A DNA stretch of 64,000 bases from a virus: the IMG/VR virus record IMGVR_UViG_3300009514_000374, positions 32,001 to 96,000 of that record; one strand, given 5' to 3'. Position numbers and translations under genes: made by a program. This document shows, piece by piece, positions 18,787 through 28,611 of the stretch. Below the pieces are notes generated by a model, which made no database searches, was not told the origin of the DNA, and saw only the letters and a program-made list of their open reading frames with translations. Within the stretch, counting starts at the first letter, position 1, and each line of letters begins with the position of its first letter.

Positions 18787-21447
18787 ATGTATCAACCGTC
18801 CGTAGAGGGTTTCAGCGCGAAGGGTTCCCTCCCTTCCACCAGCACCAACCTCCATCCCGAGAAGCCGAAGCTGGCCGCCGTTGACCCTCCGACGTATTCG
18901 TTCGATGAAGCCTCCGAGGCGAGCCTCGCGTATTTCGGTGGTGATCCGTTGGCGGCGAACGTGTGGGTGACCAAGTATGCCTTGCAAGACAAGCAAGGCC
19001 GGTACCTGGAGCGCACACCGACCGATATGCACCATCGCCTCGCCCGTGAATTCGCACGCATCGAGGCTAAGTATCCGAACCCCATGAGCGAGGCGGAGAT
19101 TTTCGATCTACTCGATCGGTTTCGCTACATCGTGCCGCAAGGCTCGCCCATGAGCGGGATCGGAAACACCAACAAGATCCAGTCCATCTCCAATTGCTTT
19201 GTGATCTCGGCGCCGCACGACAGCTACGGCGGCATCCTATGGACCGACCAGGAGCAGGTTCAGATTATGAAGCGCCGTGGCGGCGTGGGAATGGACATCT
19301 CGACCATTCGTCCGCAGGGGCTCCCTACCGCTAACGCCGCGAACACGACCGATGGGATCGGCGTTTTCATGGAGCGGTTTTCCAATTCGTGCCGCGAGGT
19401 TGCACAGGGAGGTCGTCGCGGAGCCCTGATGCTCACGCTGGACGTTCACCACCCCGACATCCGAACCTTCATCACGATCAAAAAGGACAAGATGCGCGTC
19501 ACGGGAGCGAACATCTCTCTGCGCCTGTCCGACGAATTCATGGAGGCGGTCAAAGAGGGTAAGCAAGTTCAGCTTCGCTACCCCGTCGATGCGGCTCCCG
19601 GCGAGTATGACGTGGAGCGGTGGGTCGATGCGAACGAGCTTTGGACCGAAATCATTGAGTCCGCTCACCAGTGCGCCGAGCCCGGCCTTCTGTTTTGGGA
19701 CAACGCCAAAAAGAACACACCCTCGGACCTCTACTCGGCCGAGGGTTTTGGATCGACCAGCACGAATCCGTGCGGTGAGATCATCCTGAGCCCCAACGAT
19801 TCCTGTCGTCTGATGGTCGTTAACCTGTCGAGTTTCGTGCAGGACTCCTTCGGCGAGTCTCCGACATTCGATTGGGCCACCTACGGCGCAGTCGTCCGCA
19901 AAGCCCAACGGCTCATGGACGACATGATCGATCTGGAGATCGAGCAGGTGGACAAGATCCTCGCCAAGATCGCCGACGACCCAGAGCCCGACGAGGTAAA
20001 GCACATCGAGCGTCGCTTGTGGCTCAAGATCCGAGACGCCGCCGAGCGCGGTCGCAGGACGGGTCTCGGCGTAACTGCCGTGGGCGACGCCTGCGCGCAG
20101 ATGAATTTGGTCTACGGGTCAGACGACTCGATCGAATTCATCGAGGACTGTTACCGACACCTTGCCAAGAACAGCTACCAGTCCTCGATCGAGATGGCTG
20201 CTGAGCGCGGCGCCTTCCCCGTGTTTGACATCGCCCGTGAGGCCGACCACCCGTTTCTGGCTCGGGTGTTTGACGAGCTTGACGAAGGCACCCGTGCCGC
20301 CTATCGGCAGTACGGGCGTCGAAACATCGCCAACACGACTACGGCGCCATGCGGTTCCGTGTCGATCCTGACACAGACAACCAGTGGCATTGAGCCTGCC
20401 TACCTGCTCCAATACACCCGTCGCAAGAAGGTCAATCCGAACGACGAGAACGCTCAGGTCGATTTCGTTGACGATCTTGGGGACGAGTGGACGCATTTTC
20501 CTGTGCTTCATCACCAGTTTGCTGAGTGGTGCAAGGTGACGGGCCGTGACGTGGACGAGGTACTCGGCAAGCTCACTCGGACGAAAAAGGTCAACGGCAA
20601 AGATACGCCCGATCCTGATCTCTCAGACGTGGAGCAGAGCCCCTACTGGAAAGCCACGAGCAACGATGTCGATTGGGTTCAAAAGGTGACGCTCCAAGGG
20701 GCGGCACAGCGTTGGATCTGCCACGCCATCTCCAACACGACGAACCTCCCGGCTGACATCGACGTGGAGACGGTCAAGCAGGTCTACGAGAAGGGTCACG
20801 AGGTCGGCTGCAAGGGTGTGACGATCTACGTGCAGGGCTCACGCGACGGCGTGCTCGTGTCTGAGGAAGCCAAGCCCGAGGAATTCGACTACAACAAAGC
20901 ACCGAAGCGCCCCGACAAGCTGGCTTGCGACATTCACCGTTCTCGCGTCAAGGGTGACGACGGCGAGTACGTCGAGTGGATGATTTTCGTGGGTCTGATG
21001 AACGGCAAGCCGTTTGAGGTATTCGGAGGCATCCAGCCCGCCAAGCTCCGCATCCCCAAGAAGGTCAAATCCGGGTGGATTGTGAAGCGGTCGTTCAAGG
21101 ACGGCGGCAAATACGATCTGCACTTTGGCGACGAGGATGACCCGATGGTGATCGAGGATCTACCGGAGACCTTCGACAACCCGACGCAAGGCTCGTTCAC
21201 CCGGATCCTGAGCTACGGGCTTCGCCATGGCGGAGCGCCGCAGTACGCCCACGAGCAGCTTCTCCGTGAGCGAGACAGCGATATGTTCCACTTTGCGAAG
21301 GTGCTCGGTCGCGTGCTCAAGAACTACATCGAGGACGGGACCAAGGCGAGCACGCGGATCTGCAAAGGGTGTGGCGCCGAGGACAGCTTGATCTACCAAG
21401 AGGGCTGTCCAAAGTGCTCCGTCTGCGGCGCGCAAAAGTGCGGCTAG
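18787..21447 (+). CDS. nrdJ: adenosylcobalamin-dependent (class II) ribonucleotide reductase with C-terminal TSCPD/Zn-ribbon region
   Basis: SNCFV, RRGA, TNPCGEI, SC, RRTGLG, KGVTIY, terminal CxxC...CxxC...CG; no nrdB in the window. Confidence 0.9.
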   Translation: MYQPSVEGFSAKGSLPSTSTNLHPEKPKLAAVDPPTYSFDEASEASLAYFGGDPLAANVWVTKYALQDKQGRYLERTPTDMHHRLAREFARIEAKYPNPMSEAEIFDLLDRFRYIVPQGSPMSGIGNTNKIQSISNCFVISAPHDSYGGILWTDQEQVQIMKRRGGVGMDISTIRPQGLPTANAANTTDGIGVFMERFSNSCREVAQGGRRGALMLTLDVHHPDIRTFITIKKDKMRVTGANISLRLSDEFMEAVKEGKQVQLRYPVDAAPGEYDVERWVDANELWTEIIESAHQCAEPGLLFWDNAKKNTPSDLYSAEGFGSTSTNPCGEIILSPNDSCRLMVVNLSSFVQDSFGESPTFDWATYGAVVRKAQRLMDDMIDLEIEQVDKILAKIADDPEPDEVKHIERRLWLKIRDAAERGRRTGLGVTAVGDACAQMNLVYGSDDSIEFIEDCYRHLAKNSYQSSIEMAAERGAFPVFDIAREADHPFLARVFDELDEGTRAAYRQYGRRNIANTTTAPCGSVSILTQTTSGIEPAYLLQYTRRKKVNPNDENAQVDFVDDLGDEWTHFPVLHHQFAEWCKVTGRDVDEVLGKLTRTKKVNGKDTPDPDLSDVEQSPYWKATSNDVDWVQKVTLQGAAQRWICHAISNTTNLPADIDVETVKQVYEKGHEVGCKGVTIYVQGSRDGVLVSEEAKPEEFDYNKAPKRPDKLACDIHRSRVKGDDGEYVEWMIFVGLMNGKPFEVFGGIQPAKLRIPKKVKSGWIVKRSFKDGGKYDLHFGDEDDPMVIEDLPETFDNPTQGSFTRILSYGLRHGGAPQYAHEQLLRERDSDMFHFAKVLGRVLKNYIEDGTKASTRICKGCGAEDSLIYQEGCPKCSVCGAQKCG

Positions 21448-21463
21448 GCGGTAGGGTAGTCGC

Positions 21464-21997
21464 ATGGCCGACTACCCTGTGAAATGGAAGCACGGCGACC
21501 CTCCTACCAAGGCGCTCGTTCGATCTGAGGCCCCTTCGATCCGTGACTACATGGATCAGGGGGTTGCTGGCGACACGACGATCGCTCGGATTATCGGGCA
21601 GTTGTACCGGGCCACGCTGGACGGGAAGATCAGTTGGTTCCGTGACGCCGAGTATTTCGCCGTCACCTACTTTCCGATGCTCGCCGTGACGTTCCGGCTC
21701 CAGGTGTCGGGGTCCATTTCGTCTTTCGGGAATGTGATCGCATCCACTCCGAGCGGGAAGGGCACGGATCCAACACGGGCGCAGCATCTCACCATCGCCT
21801 TCATGGACAACAAGGAGTACAAGTGCCTCCCGGCGAGCTACCCGACGCTCCACCAGCTTACTGAGCTTGTGTGGAGCACGTTTGAGCGCCCCTATGTCCG
21901 TGACCGCAACGAGCGTCTGGAATGGCTCGACAAGGCGCTCAGGGTGTTCCTGCCGCACGTTGTTTCGTCCAGCGTCGAGCCCGAAGATCAGACGTAG
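21464..21997 (+). CDS. hypothetical protein
   Basis: ORF; TAGGGT 6 nt upstream. Confidence 0.65.
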   Translation: MADYPVKWKHGDPPTKALVRSEAPSIRDYMDQGVAGDTTIARIIGQLYRATLDGKISWFRDAEYFAVTYFPMLAVTFRLQVSGSISSFGNVIASTPSGKGTDPTRAQHLTIAFMDNKEYKCLPASYPTLHQLTELVWSTFERPYVRDRNERLEWLDKALRVFLPHVVSSSVEPEDQT

Positions 21998-22140
21998 AGA
22001 TCGATCTTGAAATCGACGTTGGGATCGTGCTCGGGCTTTGGCTCAGCAGGCTTCTTGACCGGCACCGGCTGCCGCACCAGCGGCAGGGGCAGAACGGGCT
22101 GCTCCTGCTTGCGTGGCGGGGGGTGGCGGAAGATCACCAT
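21988..22140 (-). CDS. 50-aa Pro-rich peptide (not in the ORF track), probably leaderless
   Basis: MVIFRHPPPRKQEQPVLPLP...VDFKIDLYV; promoter directly upstream. Confidence 0.5.
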   Translation of the reverse strand: MVIFRHPPPRKQEQPVLPLPLVRQPVPVKKPAEPKPEHDPNVDFKIDLYV

Positions 22141-22146
22141 AAGCTA

Positions 22147-22174
22147 AGCGTAGGTCGTGCGTCGAGCGCGTCAA
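22147..22174 (-). promoter_or_regulatory. sigma70-type promoter
   Basis: TTGACG-N16-TACGCT, 6 nt before ATG 22140. Confidence 0.55.
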
Positions 22175-22176
22175 CC

Positions 22177-22443
22177 TTAGCGGTCGTCGTTGGGATCGCG
22201 GCCCTCGGCGATGGCGATCCAGTAGTCGTTGGGGACATCCTCACCGTTGATCACTTCGCCGCCCCACTGGAGCAGCAGGTCCATTTCCACGGCGTCTCCG
22301 CCGTGATAGTCGTGGTTTGGGTCTTGGGCCGCCGCGACCATCGCCTCACCGGCCGCTTCGTACACGGCCTCCATGCAGGCGATACGATCTTGCTCGGCTT
22401 CGTAGCGATTGAGGGCGGCCAGGTTTCCGTCGAGGGCTTTCAT
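22177..22443 (-). CDS. acidic hypothetical protein
   Basis: ORF with typical codon usage. Confidence 0.6.
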   Translation of the reverse strand: MKALDGNLAALNRYEAEQDRIACMEAVYEAAGEAMVAAAQDPNHDYHGGDAVEMDLLLQWGGEVINGEDVPNDYWIAIAEGRDPNDDR

Positions 22444-22531
22444 GTACCGTTAACGACGCGACCGCGCACAACGAAACCTGCGAGGTCGCGGCATTTCGGC
22501 CACGACCTCGCAGGATGTCTTGGAACTCGGC

Positions 22532-22858
22532 TTACGCCAGGATCTCAACGCCGTCTTGGTCGCCGCCGATAAGGCCAGGCGTGCCGTTGAGCGGCGGGAA
22601 AAACAGCGTGTCGTCGGCAAAGTCGCGCTCGGCCCCACCCGCGATTCGGCGCGTCGGGCGGATCACGTAGCGGTCGCAATCCCAACCTTCGCGGGAGACG
22701 CCTTCGACCACGCCCTCGATGAAGCACGCTCGCTCGCCCTCCAGGTCGCGGTTGTACGGAGCAAAATCGAAGGATCGGACGCGAGCGCCGACCTCGATGA
22801 CGTTGCCGTGGCGGTCGTGGGTGATGGGCAGGTCGTTCAGGATTTCGGGCTGGTTCAC
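22532..22858 (-). CDS. hypothetical protein (SH3-like beta-rich)
   Basis: GGAGG RBS before GTG 22858; DRHGNVIEVGARV. Confidence 0.6.
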   Translation of the reverse strand: MNQPEILNDLPITHDRHGNVIEVGARVRSFDFAPYNRDLEGERACFIEGVVEGVSREGWDCDRYVIRPTRRIAGGAERDFADDTLFFPPLNGTPGLIGGDQDGVEILA

Positions 22859-22928
22859 GGTTCGTTTCCTCCACACTCTTAACGACACGACGGCGTTCCG
22901 CGAAACCCTCCGGGGGGTACTGTAATTC

Positions 22929-23453
22929 GTGGACGAGAAGCCCACTGTGATGCTCCTAGAGGGCGTTTTCTACGAGGGTGACGACGGAACCCTGATGGTG
23001 GCCGATCACAAGCTCGGGGCCGTGAGCGTGGACGACGCGCTTACACCGCTGATTGGGCGCAAGGTGGTCCTGGTCGTTCACCACAAGCCCCCTGAGCCTG
23101 CCGACGAGGGAAGGTGGGCTGGTGGGGCCTGCATGTACGAACCCTCTGGTGAGTGTCCCTGCGGCCATCACGAGCGAAAAGGTTGGCTCTACACCTACCA
23201 CCACGCGGGTACTTTGGATTGGGACGGATCGAAATGGGCCGTCACAACTGACCAGGGGAGACAAGAGCCGTGGCTCGCGTCACTTGTCGGACATCGATCG
23301 CAGATCGTGATTTCCGCACTCCCCGACGTTGAGAAGCTGAAAGAGGATCTGAACCTCGGCGAACAGCCGACGAAGATCGAGGATCTTGAGGAACGAATTA
23401 CCAAACTGCGTGACCTGTTCGTGGCAGTCGATGAAATGAAGGACAAGCTGTAG
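22929..23453 (+). CDS. hypothetical protein with Cys/His cluster
   Basis: C...CPCGH; abuts recD. Confidence 0.65.
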   Translation: MDEKPTVMLLEGVFYEGDDGTLMVADHKLGAVSVDDALTPLIGRKVVLVVHHKPPEPADEGRWAGGACMYEPSGECPCGHHERKGWLYTYHHAGTLDWDGSKWAVTTDQGRQEPWLASLVGHRSQIVISALPDVEKLKEDLNLGEQPTKIEDLEERITKLRDLFVAVDEMKDKL

Positions 23454-25832
23454 GTGGCCGAGCATTTTTCAGGGCGGGTTACGTCCGTTGTTTTCGCTAA
23501 CGAGGCGCAGTCGTTCTACGTGCTCCGCGTCAAGTTGGATGCGGCCGACGACGGCGGTTGGATCGACACGAGCAGATTCGTGGCGAGCACGGTTGTCGTG
23601 AAAGGGACGATTCCTGGCCTCACGATGGACAGCGGCTCCTGGTTCGGCTTTGAGGGTAAGTGGATCACGCACCCGGAGTACGGGAGGCAACTGGAGATTG
23701 TGCGAGCCCCCGTGCTCAACGGCCCGTGGACTCCCGAGAATGCGATCAAGATCCTTAGCTCGCATGGCATTGGGCAATTCACCTGTCAACGGATCGCGGA
23801 CCATTTCGGTGACGGTCTGATCGAGGCGTTGTCTGACGATGCCAAGCTGGCCGAGGTCAACGGGCTCACTGAATTCGACGCGCTCCACATCTCGTCACGA
23901 TGGCGGGCTGTGCGAGCAATGTTCCAGACGCTCACGTTCCTGTCGGATCTGAAACTGCCCAAGACCAAGGTGGATCAGGTGTGGGCGAAATTCGGAGACG
24001 ATGCTGAACAGATCCTCGCCGAAAACCCTTGGCGACTCACCGAGATTGACGGGATCACGTTCAAGCAGGCGGACGAGGTTGCCAAGAAGATGGGGCTCGA
24101 CCTCAACAGCCCTTACCGGCTCAAGGGAGCCATGCTCGCCTCGGTCAAGACGCAGCGCGGCATGGGTCATCTCTACATGACCTCGGGGGAGGTCTTGGCG
24201 ACGACGCAGCAGTTGGTCTACGACGCGACCGTTCAGGATGTCGCCGTGGCGATCAAAGAGTGCCATCTGGAGGGCTCGCTCGTGCTCGACCGTGAAACCC
24301 GGCCGGGGACGACTGCGATCTACGAGCCTTGGCTGCACCGGGTCGAGGTCGAGTCAGCGATTGAGCTTGCCGAGCGGCACGAGACCGCCCGGTTGACCGA
24401 GGACCAGATTCTTTCGTACACGAAAATGCTCGGGAGCGTGGGCAAGAAAACCATGGAGGTCGCGGAGGCCCATCCTTCCGACATCGAGGTCGTGGCCCAA
24501 TCCGCCATCGCGGAATGGTCGAGCACGTCGAAGCTCACGTTGTCCGCGTCCCAAATGAAGGGCGGGGTGAACGCCCTGATCCACCCCGTTTCGATCATCA
24601 CCGGCTTGCCGGGCACGGGTAAGACGACCCTGCTCAAGACCGTCGTGAAGGTGCTCCAAGATGCGGAGGTTCCTTTCCTGCTTGTCGCCCCAACCGGGAT
24701 CGCCGCCAAGCGTGTGATGTCCGTGACGGGCGCGGAGGCGTCCACGATCCATCGAGCGTTCCAAGCAAGCGGGATGGATATGGACGATGATCGTGAGGCT
24801 ACCTATGCAGGGATCGTGGGGCATTCGGCCGATGACGTTGGGGCAGATGGCTCTGACGAGGTGTGGGGGTACTCGTCCCACAACCCCCACCCGGCCGAGG
24901 TGGTGATCGTGGACGAGTCCTCGATGGTCGATCAGCACGTTCTGTACCGGCTGCTCTCCTGCACGTCGAAAAAGTGCCGACTCGTGTTCGTAGGCGATGC
25001 GGCGCAGTTGCCTTCCGTGGGGCCGGGGAACGTGCTCCGTGATCTGATCGAGTGCGGGGAGTTTCCCGTCACCGATCTGCGTGAGATTTTCCGTCAAGAG
25101 GATACGAGCGACATCGTGACGGCCGCCCATGCAATTCATGCGGGTGTGGTCCCCGAGGTCGGCAAGAAGGGGTCTGATTTCACCCTGATCGAGATGCGAA
25201 ACGACGCGGACATTCTCGCGGCCATTCTGAAAGCTGTGAGCAAGCTGTATGCTGCTCATGCGAATTTTCAGGTGCTTTCACCCCGCCACGCCGGGACGCT
25301 CGGGGTTACGAACCTGAACAGTCGAATTCGTGAGGTGCTAAATCCCAAATCGCCGGGTGTGCAGGAGATGCGTCTCGGATCAGAAACGATCCGAGAGGGC
25401 GATCGGGTGATGGTGGTCAAGAACAACTACCGCTATGACATTTTCAACGGCGACGTGGGGAAAGTGATGAACCTTGATCGGAAAGAGAAAGAGGTTTCGG
25501 TCAAGATTCACGGGCCGCCGAGCGTAACTGTCCGTCTGCCGTTCAAAGAGGCGCCGTCACACCTTCGCCTGGCCTACACCATGACGGTCCACAAAAGCCA
25601 GGGGCAGGAGTACGACACGATCCTTTTGCCTTGGGTCACGTCGTTTTCCCGACAGCTACAACGAAACCTGATCTACACGGGCATCACCCGTGCCCGGAAA
25701 AAGGTGGTGCTGTTCGGCCAAACCCGTGCGCTCGCCAAGGCCATCGCCAATAACAAGGTGGATGCTCGCAACACCCTGTTCCCAGACCGTCTTGGAGCGC
25801 TGATAGGAGCCCATGGGGAGCCCTCGGAGTAG
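23454..25832 (+). CDS. recD2: RecD2/TraA-like SF1B helicase
   Basis: N-terminal OB/HhH region, GLPGTGKT, APTGIAA, DESSM, GDAAQLPSVG, TVHKSQG, YTGITRA. Confidence 0.92.
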   Translation: MAEHFSGRVTSVVFANEAQSFYVLRVKLDAADDGGWIDTSRFVASTVVVKGTIPGLTMDSGSWFGFEGKWITHPEYGRQLEIVRAPVLNGPWTPENAIKILSSHGIGQFTCQRIADHFGDGLIEALSDDAKLAEVNGLTEFDALHISSRWRAVRAMFQTLTFLSDLKLPKTKVDQVWAKFGDDAEQILAENPWRLTEIDGITFKQADEVAKKMGLDLNSPYRLKGAMLASVKTQRGMGHLYMTSGEVLATTQQLVYDATVQDVAVAIKECHLEGSLVLDRETRPGTTAIYEPWLHRVEVESAIELAERHETARLTEDQILSYTKMLGSVGKKTMEVAEAHPSDIEVVAQSAIAEWSSTSKLTLSASQMKGGVNALIHPVSIITGLPGTGKTTLLKTVVKVLQDAEVPFLLVAPTGIAAKRVMSVTGAEASTIHRAFQASGMDMDDDREATYAGIVGHSADDVGADGSDEVWGYSSHNPHPAEVVIVDESSMVDQHVLYRLLSCTSKKCRLVFVGDAAQLPSVGPGNVLRDLIECGEFPVTDLREIFRQEDTSDIVTAAHAIHAGVVPEVGKKGSDFTLIEMRNDADILAAILKAVSKLYAAHANFQVLSPRHAGTLGVTNLNSRIREVLNPKSPGVQEMRLGSETIREGDRVMVVKNNYRYDIFNGDVGKVMNLDRKEKEVSVKIHGPPSVTVRLPFKEAPSHLRLAYTMTVHKSQGQEYDTILLPWVTSFSRQLQRNLIYTGITRARKKVVLFGQTRALAKAIANNKVDARNTLFPDRLGALIGAHGEPSE

Positions 25833-25895
25833 GCGGAAAAAACTCGTGACGAGGACGCTCACTCTGCCTCGGGTCGGAGTAGGAGTTAGAGAGCG

Positions 25896-26267
25896 ATGAC
25901 CAAGGACGAGATCAAACAACGCCTGGCCTCGATCGAATCGAAGATTCGGGTGACGAAAGTTGTGGCTACCCGTTCGGTCAAGGGGAAGGGGGGCGATGTT
26001 TTCGCTGGTTTTTCTGCCGGGTGGGAGTCGGTTCAGGACGACAGCGCCATGGTGGTCGAGGACAGCGACGTGACGAGCCAGGGCATGACCTTGGACGAGG
26101 CACGGATCGCTCACCTGATCGTTGCGCAAGCTGCCGACATCGCAGCCCACGAACAAGCCCTGGCGACGGGTAGCATCTCGACTGAATTTTTCAGGGACCG
26201 CGTGCGAGGACTCCAAACAAACTACGCGAAACTGATCGCACACGCGATGGGAGTTCCCCATGGCTGA
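25896..26267 (+). CDS. hypothetical protein
   Basis: AGGAG upstream; lies within the replication operon. Confidence 0.7.
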   Translation: MTKDEIKQRLASIESKIRVTKVVATRSVKGKGGDVFAGFSAGWESVQDDSAMVVEDSDVTSQGMTLDEARIAHLIVAQAADIAAHEQALATGSISTEFFRDRVRGLQTNYAKLIAHAMGVPHG

Positions 26268-27069
26268 TCTGAACCCGCAAGCGCCTATCGTGGACGAGGC
26301 TCGGATCAAGCGGGTCTACGACGAGTTGAAAAGGCTCAACATGGATCTGGACCCGGATCCCTTGGAGCTTGGTCCGAAACGGATGAACAACAAGCTCGCC
26401 AAGGTCCGTAACATGATCAAGCGGTGCGTGGACATCGAGCTACAGGTTGCAGAGGATCTGCACTGGTTCAAACGCACCCTCAATCGCCAACAGGGCCACT
26501 ACGAGCTTGAATTCCAAGACTTGATCGCCAACGACCCCCATGTTCGTGCGGGTCGGAACATCCAAGACCGTGAGGCCGTGGCGAAGGTCCGCCTGTCTGA
26601 GCGGTACAAGGCGATTCGCCATTTGGAGGAAAGCGTTAGTGACCTGGAGGCGATGCTTGTCGTGGTGCGGACCAAGGCGAAGGATCTGCGGGACACACAG
26701 AGCCGCCTCAAGGACCAATTTAAGATCTGTGAGCACGAGCTTGGTCTCGGGTCCAGGTGGGGCAAGCACAAGCCCACCGTGTTCGATGACGAGCCTCGTG
26801 CGACGGCTGCGGATGCCCACGACATCGACAGCCTGCTCAACGAGGTCGATGCCGCAGTGCCGGAGACACCCAACCACGGCATCGAGCAGAATGTCGAGGC
26901 TGCGGCCGAGGCGCTGCCGGGAACGGCCTCTAGCGACGAGACTGACTCGTTTCTTGACTCGCTCAATGACCTCGGTAAATCCGAGGACGCGGCACAGGAA
27001 ACTCCTGTGCCGCTACACACACAGACAGATGGAGATGGAGTGATCGACAGCCTGCTCGATGACCTTTGA
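26260..27069 (+). CDS. coiled-coil protein with acidic tail (possible recombination mediator)
   Basis: Heptad-rich N-terminal half; tail VIDSLLDDL. Confidence 0.6.
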   Translation: MADLNPQAPIVDEARIKRVYDELKRLNMDLDPDPLELGPKRMNNKLAKVRNMIKRCVDIELQVAEDLHWFKRTLNRQQGHYELEFQDLIANDPHVRAGRNIQDREAVAKVRLSERYKAIRHLEESVSDLEAMLVVVRTKAKDLRDTQSRLKDQFKICEHELGLGSRWGKHKPTVFDDEPRATAADAHDIDSLLNEVDAAVPETPNHGIEQNVEAAAEALPGTASSDETDSFLDSLNDLGKSEDAAQETPVPLHTQTDGDGVIDSLLDDL

Positions 27070-27204
27070 GCAGGCCGGTATTGTCCGAAACCGCGCTGCA
27101 AACACGGAGCGCATAATCCCAAAAAGTGACTGCCCTAGTCCCGTCCTAGCCGACACGAACCCCGTGCAGTCATAGCAACACAGCAAAAAAGGAGCACATT
27201 CGTC

Positions 27205-27942
27205 ATGTCAGACGACAACTTTACCGAATTCAGTTTCGACCAAGGCGACGACGCCGTTCAGACGCGCGCCAAGAAATTCAAGGGCGAGGAAGGGCGGATC
27301 TACCGCTTGTCCTTCGTCTGGTTTGAGGGCCTGGACGACGGCGCCGACGCTCTGCTCAAGAGCATGTCTGCCGGGGACGACGAAAAGGACCCGGCCCCGA
27401 AATTCATCGGGGCCAAGCGCCACTACAAGCCTGGCGCGGGCTACTTTCTCCACAAGGGGCCGGAGTACAGCAAGATCGCTGGCGGCCCCCCCAAGATGCA
27501 GGTGGCGACGATCATCGTGTCCTGGCCTTGCGATTCCAAAGGCAACGTCACGTCCATTGACCAGCCTCCTGCGGTCATGCCGTGGATCTTTTCGGCGGAC
27601 AAGTACGATGCGATCAAGGGCAACCACGGGCAGTTCCCTTTCGGGAAGCATGACCTGATCGCCAAATGCACGCGCGCTCAGTTTCAGAATTTCACGTTCA
27701 CGCCCGCGAAGAACAACGCGGTGCGGAAGCTGATCGAAAGCGGCAAGGCGCCCGCGATCATCGACCATATCATCGACTCCGCGATCGAGATCAAGGGTAA
27801 TATCAAGAACGAGATTGCCCGTGATCTCACCATTGATCAGATCCGCGAGAAGCTCGGGGAGGAAGGCTCGTCCCCGGTTGGCGACGTGGCCCCGGCGACG
27901 AACGCGGACATCGACAACGCCCTGGACGGGATCCTCGACTAG
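27205..27942 (+). CDS. probable phage single-stranded DNA-binding protein
   Basis: Aromatic/beta-rich core, acidic tail ADIDNALDGILD, position before ruvC-recA, AAGGAG RBS. Confidence 0.65.
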   Translation: MSDDNFTEFSFDQGDDAVQTRAKKFKGEEGRIYRLSFVWFEGLDDGADALLKSMSAGDDEKDPAPKFIGAKRHYKPGAGYFLHKGPEYSKIAGGPPKMQVATIIVSWPCDSKGNVTSIDQPPAVMPWIFSADKYDAIKGNHGQFPFGKHDLIAKCTRAQFQNFTFTPAKNNAVRKLIESGKAPAIIDHIIDSAIEIKGNIKNEIARDLTIDQIREKLGEEGSSPVGDVAPATNADIDNALDGILD

Positions 27943-27963
27943 CCCCTCTCGGTGGGAGGGGTC

Positions 27964-28611
27964 GTGATCGTTCTCGGTCTGGACCCCTCCCTCACCAACT
28001 TTGGTTGGTGCCTCCACGACACGAACGGCAAAGACAATGCCGCAGTTGTGGATAGGGGGCGCTGGAAAACCCCCGCGAAGATGGAATTCATCGACCGCTA
28101 CATGCAGATGCGGTCGTGGCTCCAAGAGAAGATCAAGGAGTCGAAGCCCGATTTCATGGGCATCGAGTATCCGGTTTTCAACGATCTGTGGTCTGAGGGA
28201 ATGTACGGTCTGTTTCTATACTCGTGTGAGGCGATCAAATCGCAGGGTCAGGACGTGGTGTTCTTTTCGCCCGGCCAGATCAAGGCCCACGCACGACATT
28301 TCATCGCCCGCCCGAAGGGGTGGAAGATGGGCAAGCCCGATATGGTCGAGGCATCCAAAAAGGCCGCTGGCGGTGGGCGGTGGAACCACAACGAGGCTGA
28401 TGCCTTTTGGGTCGCCCGCACGGCAGGTCGGTTTTGGGAATTCCAATTGGGAAACTTGGAGGTTGACGACCTCACCCCTCTTGAGCGCAAACAGTTTACT
28501 GAGATTCACACGTACAAACGAGGAAAGCGTGCCGGAGAAACCGTGAAGCGCGGGATCGTACACCGCGAGGACGAACGGTTTTTCAGGTGGTCGAGGTCCA
28601 ACGATGGCTAA
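27964..28611 (+). CDS. ruvC: RuvC-like Holliday junction resolvase
   Basis: LGLDPS, IE, K, NEADA; alternative start 27952. Confidence 0.8.
   Translation: MIVLGLDPSLTNFGWCLHDTNGKDNAAVVDRGRWKTPAKMEFIDRYMQMRSWLQEKIKESKPDFMGIEYPVFNDLWSEGMYGLFLYSCEAIKSQGQDVVFFSPGQIKAHARHFIARPKGWKMGKPDMVEASKKAAGGGRWNHNEADAFWVARTAGRFWEFQLGNLEVDDLTPLERKQFTEIHTYKRGKRAGETVKRGIVHREDERFFRWSRSNDG

Noticed and set aside
18711-18884. 57-codon out-of-frame ORF overlapping the nrdJ start
   Set aside because: No RBS or protein-like features; the nrdJ frame is intact
19030-19065. HRLAREF in RNR (and ARTAGRF in RuvC) as tag copies
   Set aside because: They lie within the normal folds of these families and illustrate the chance-match rate of the short motif
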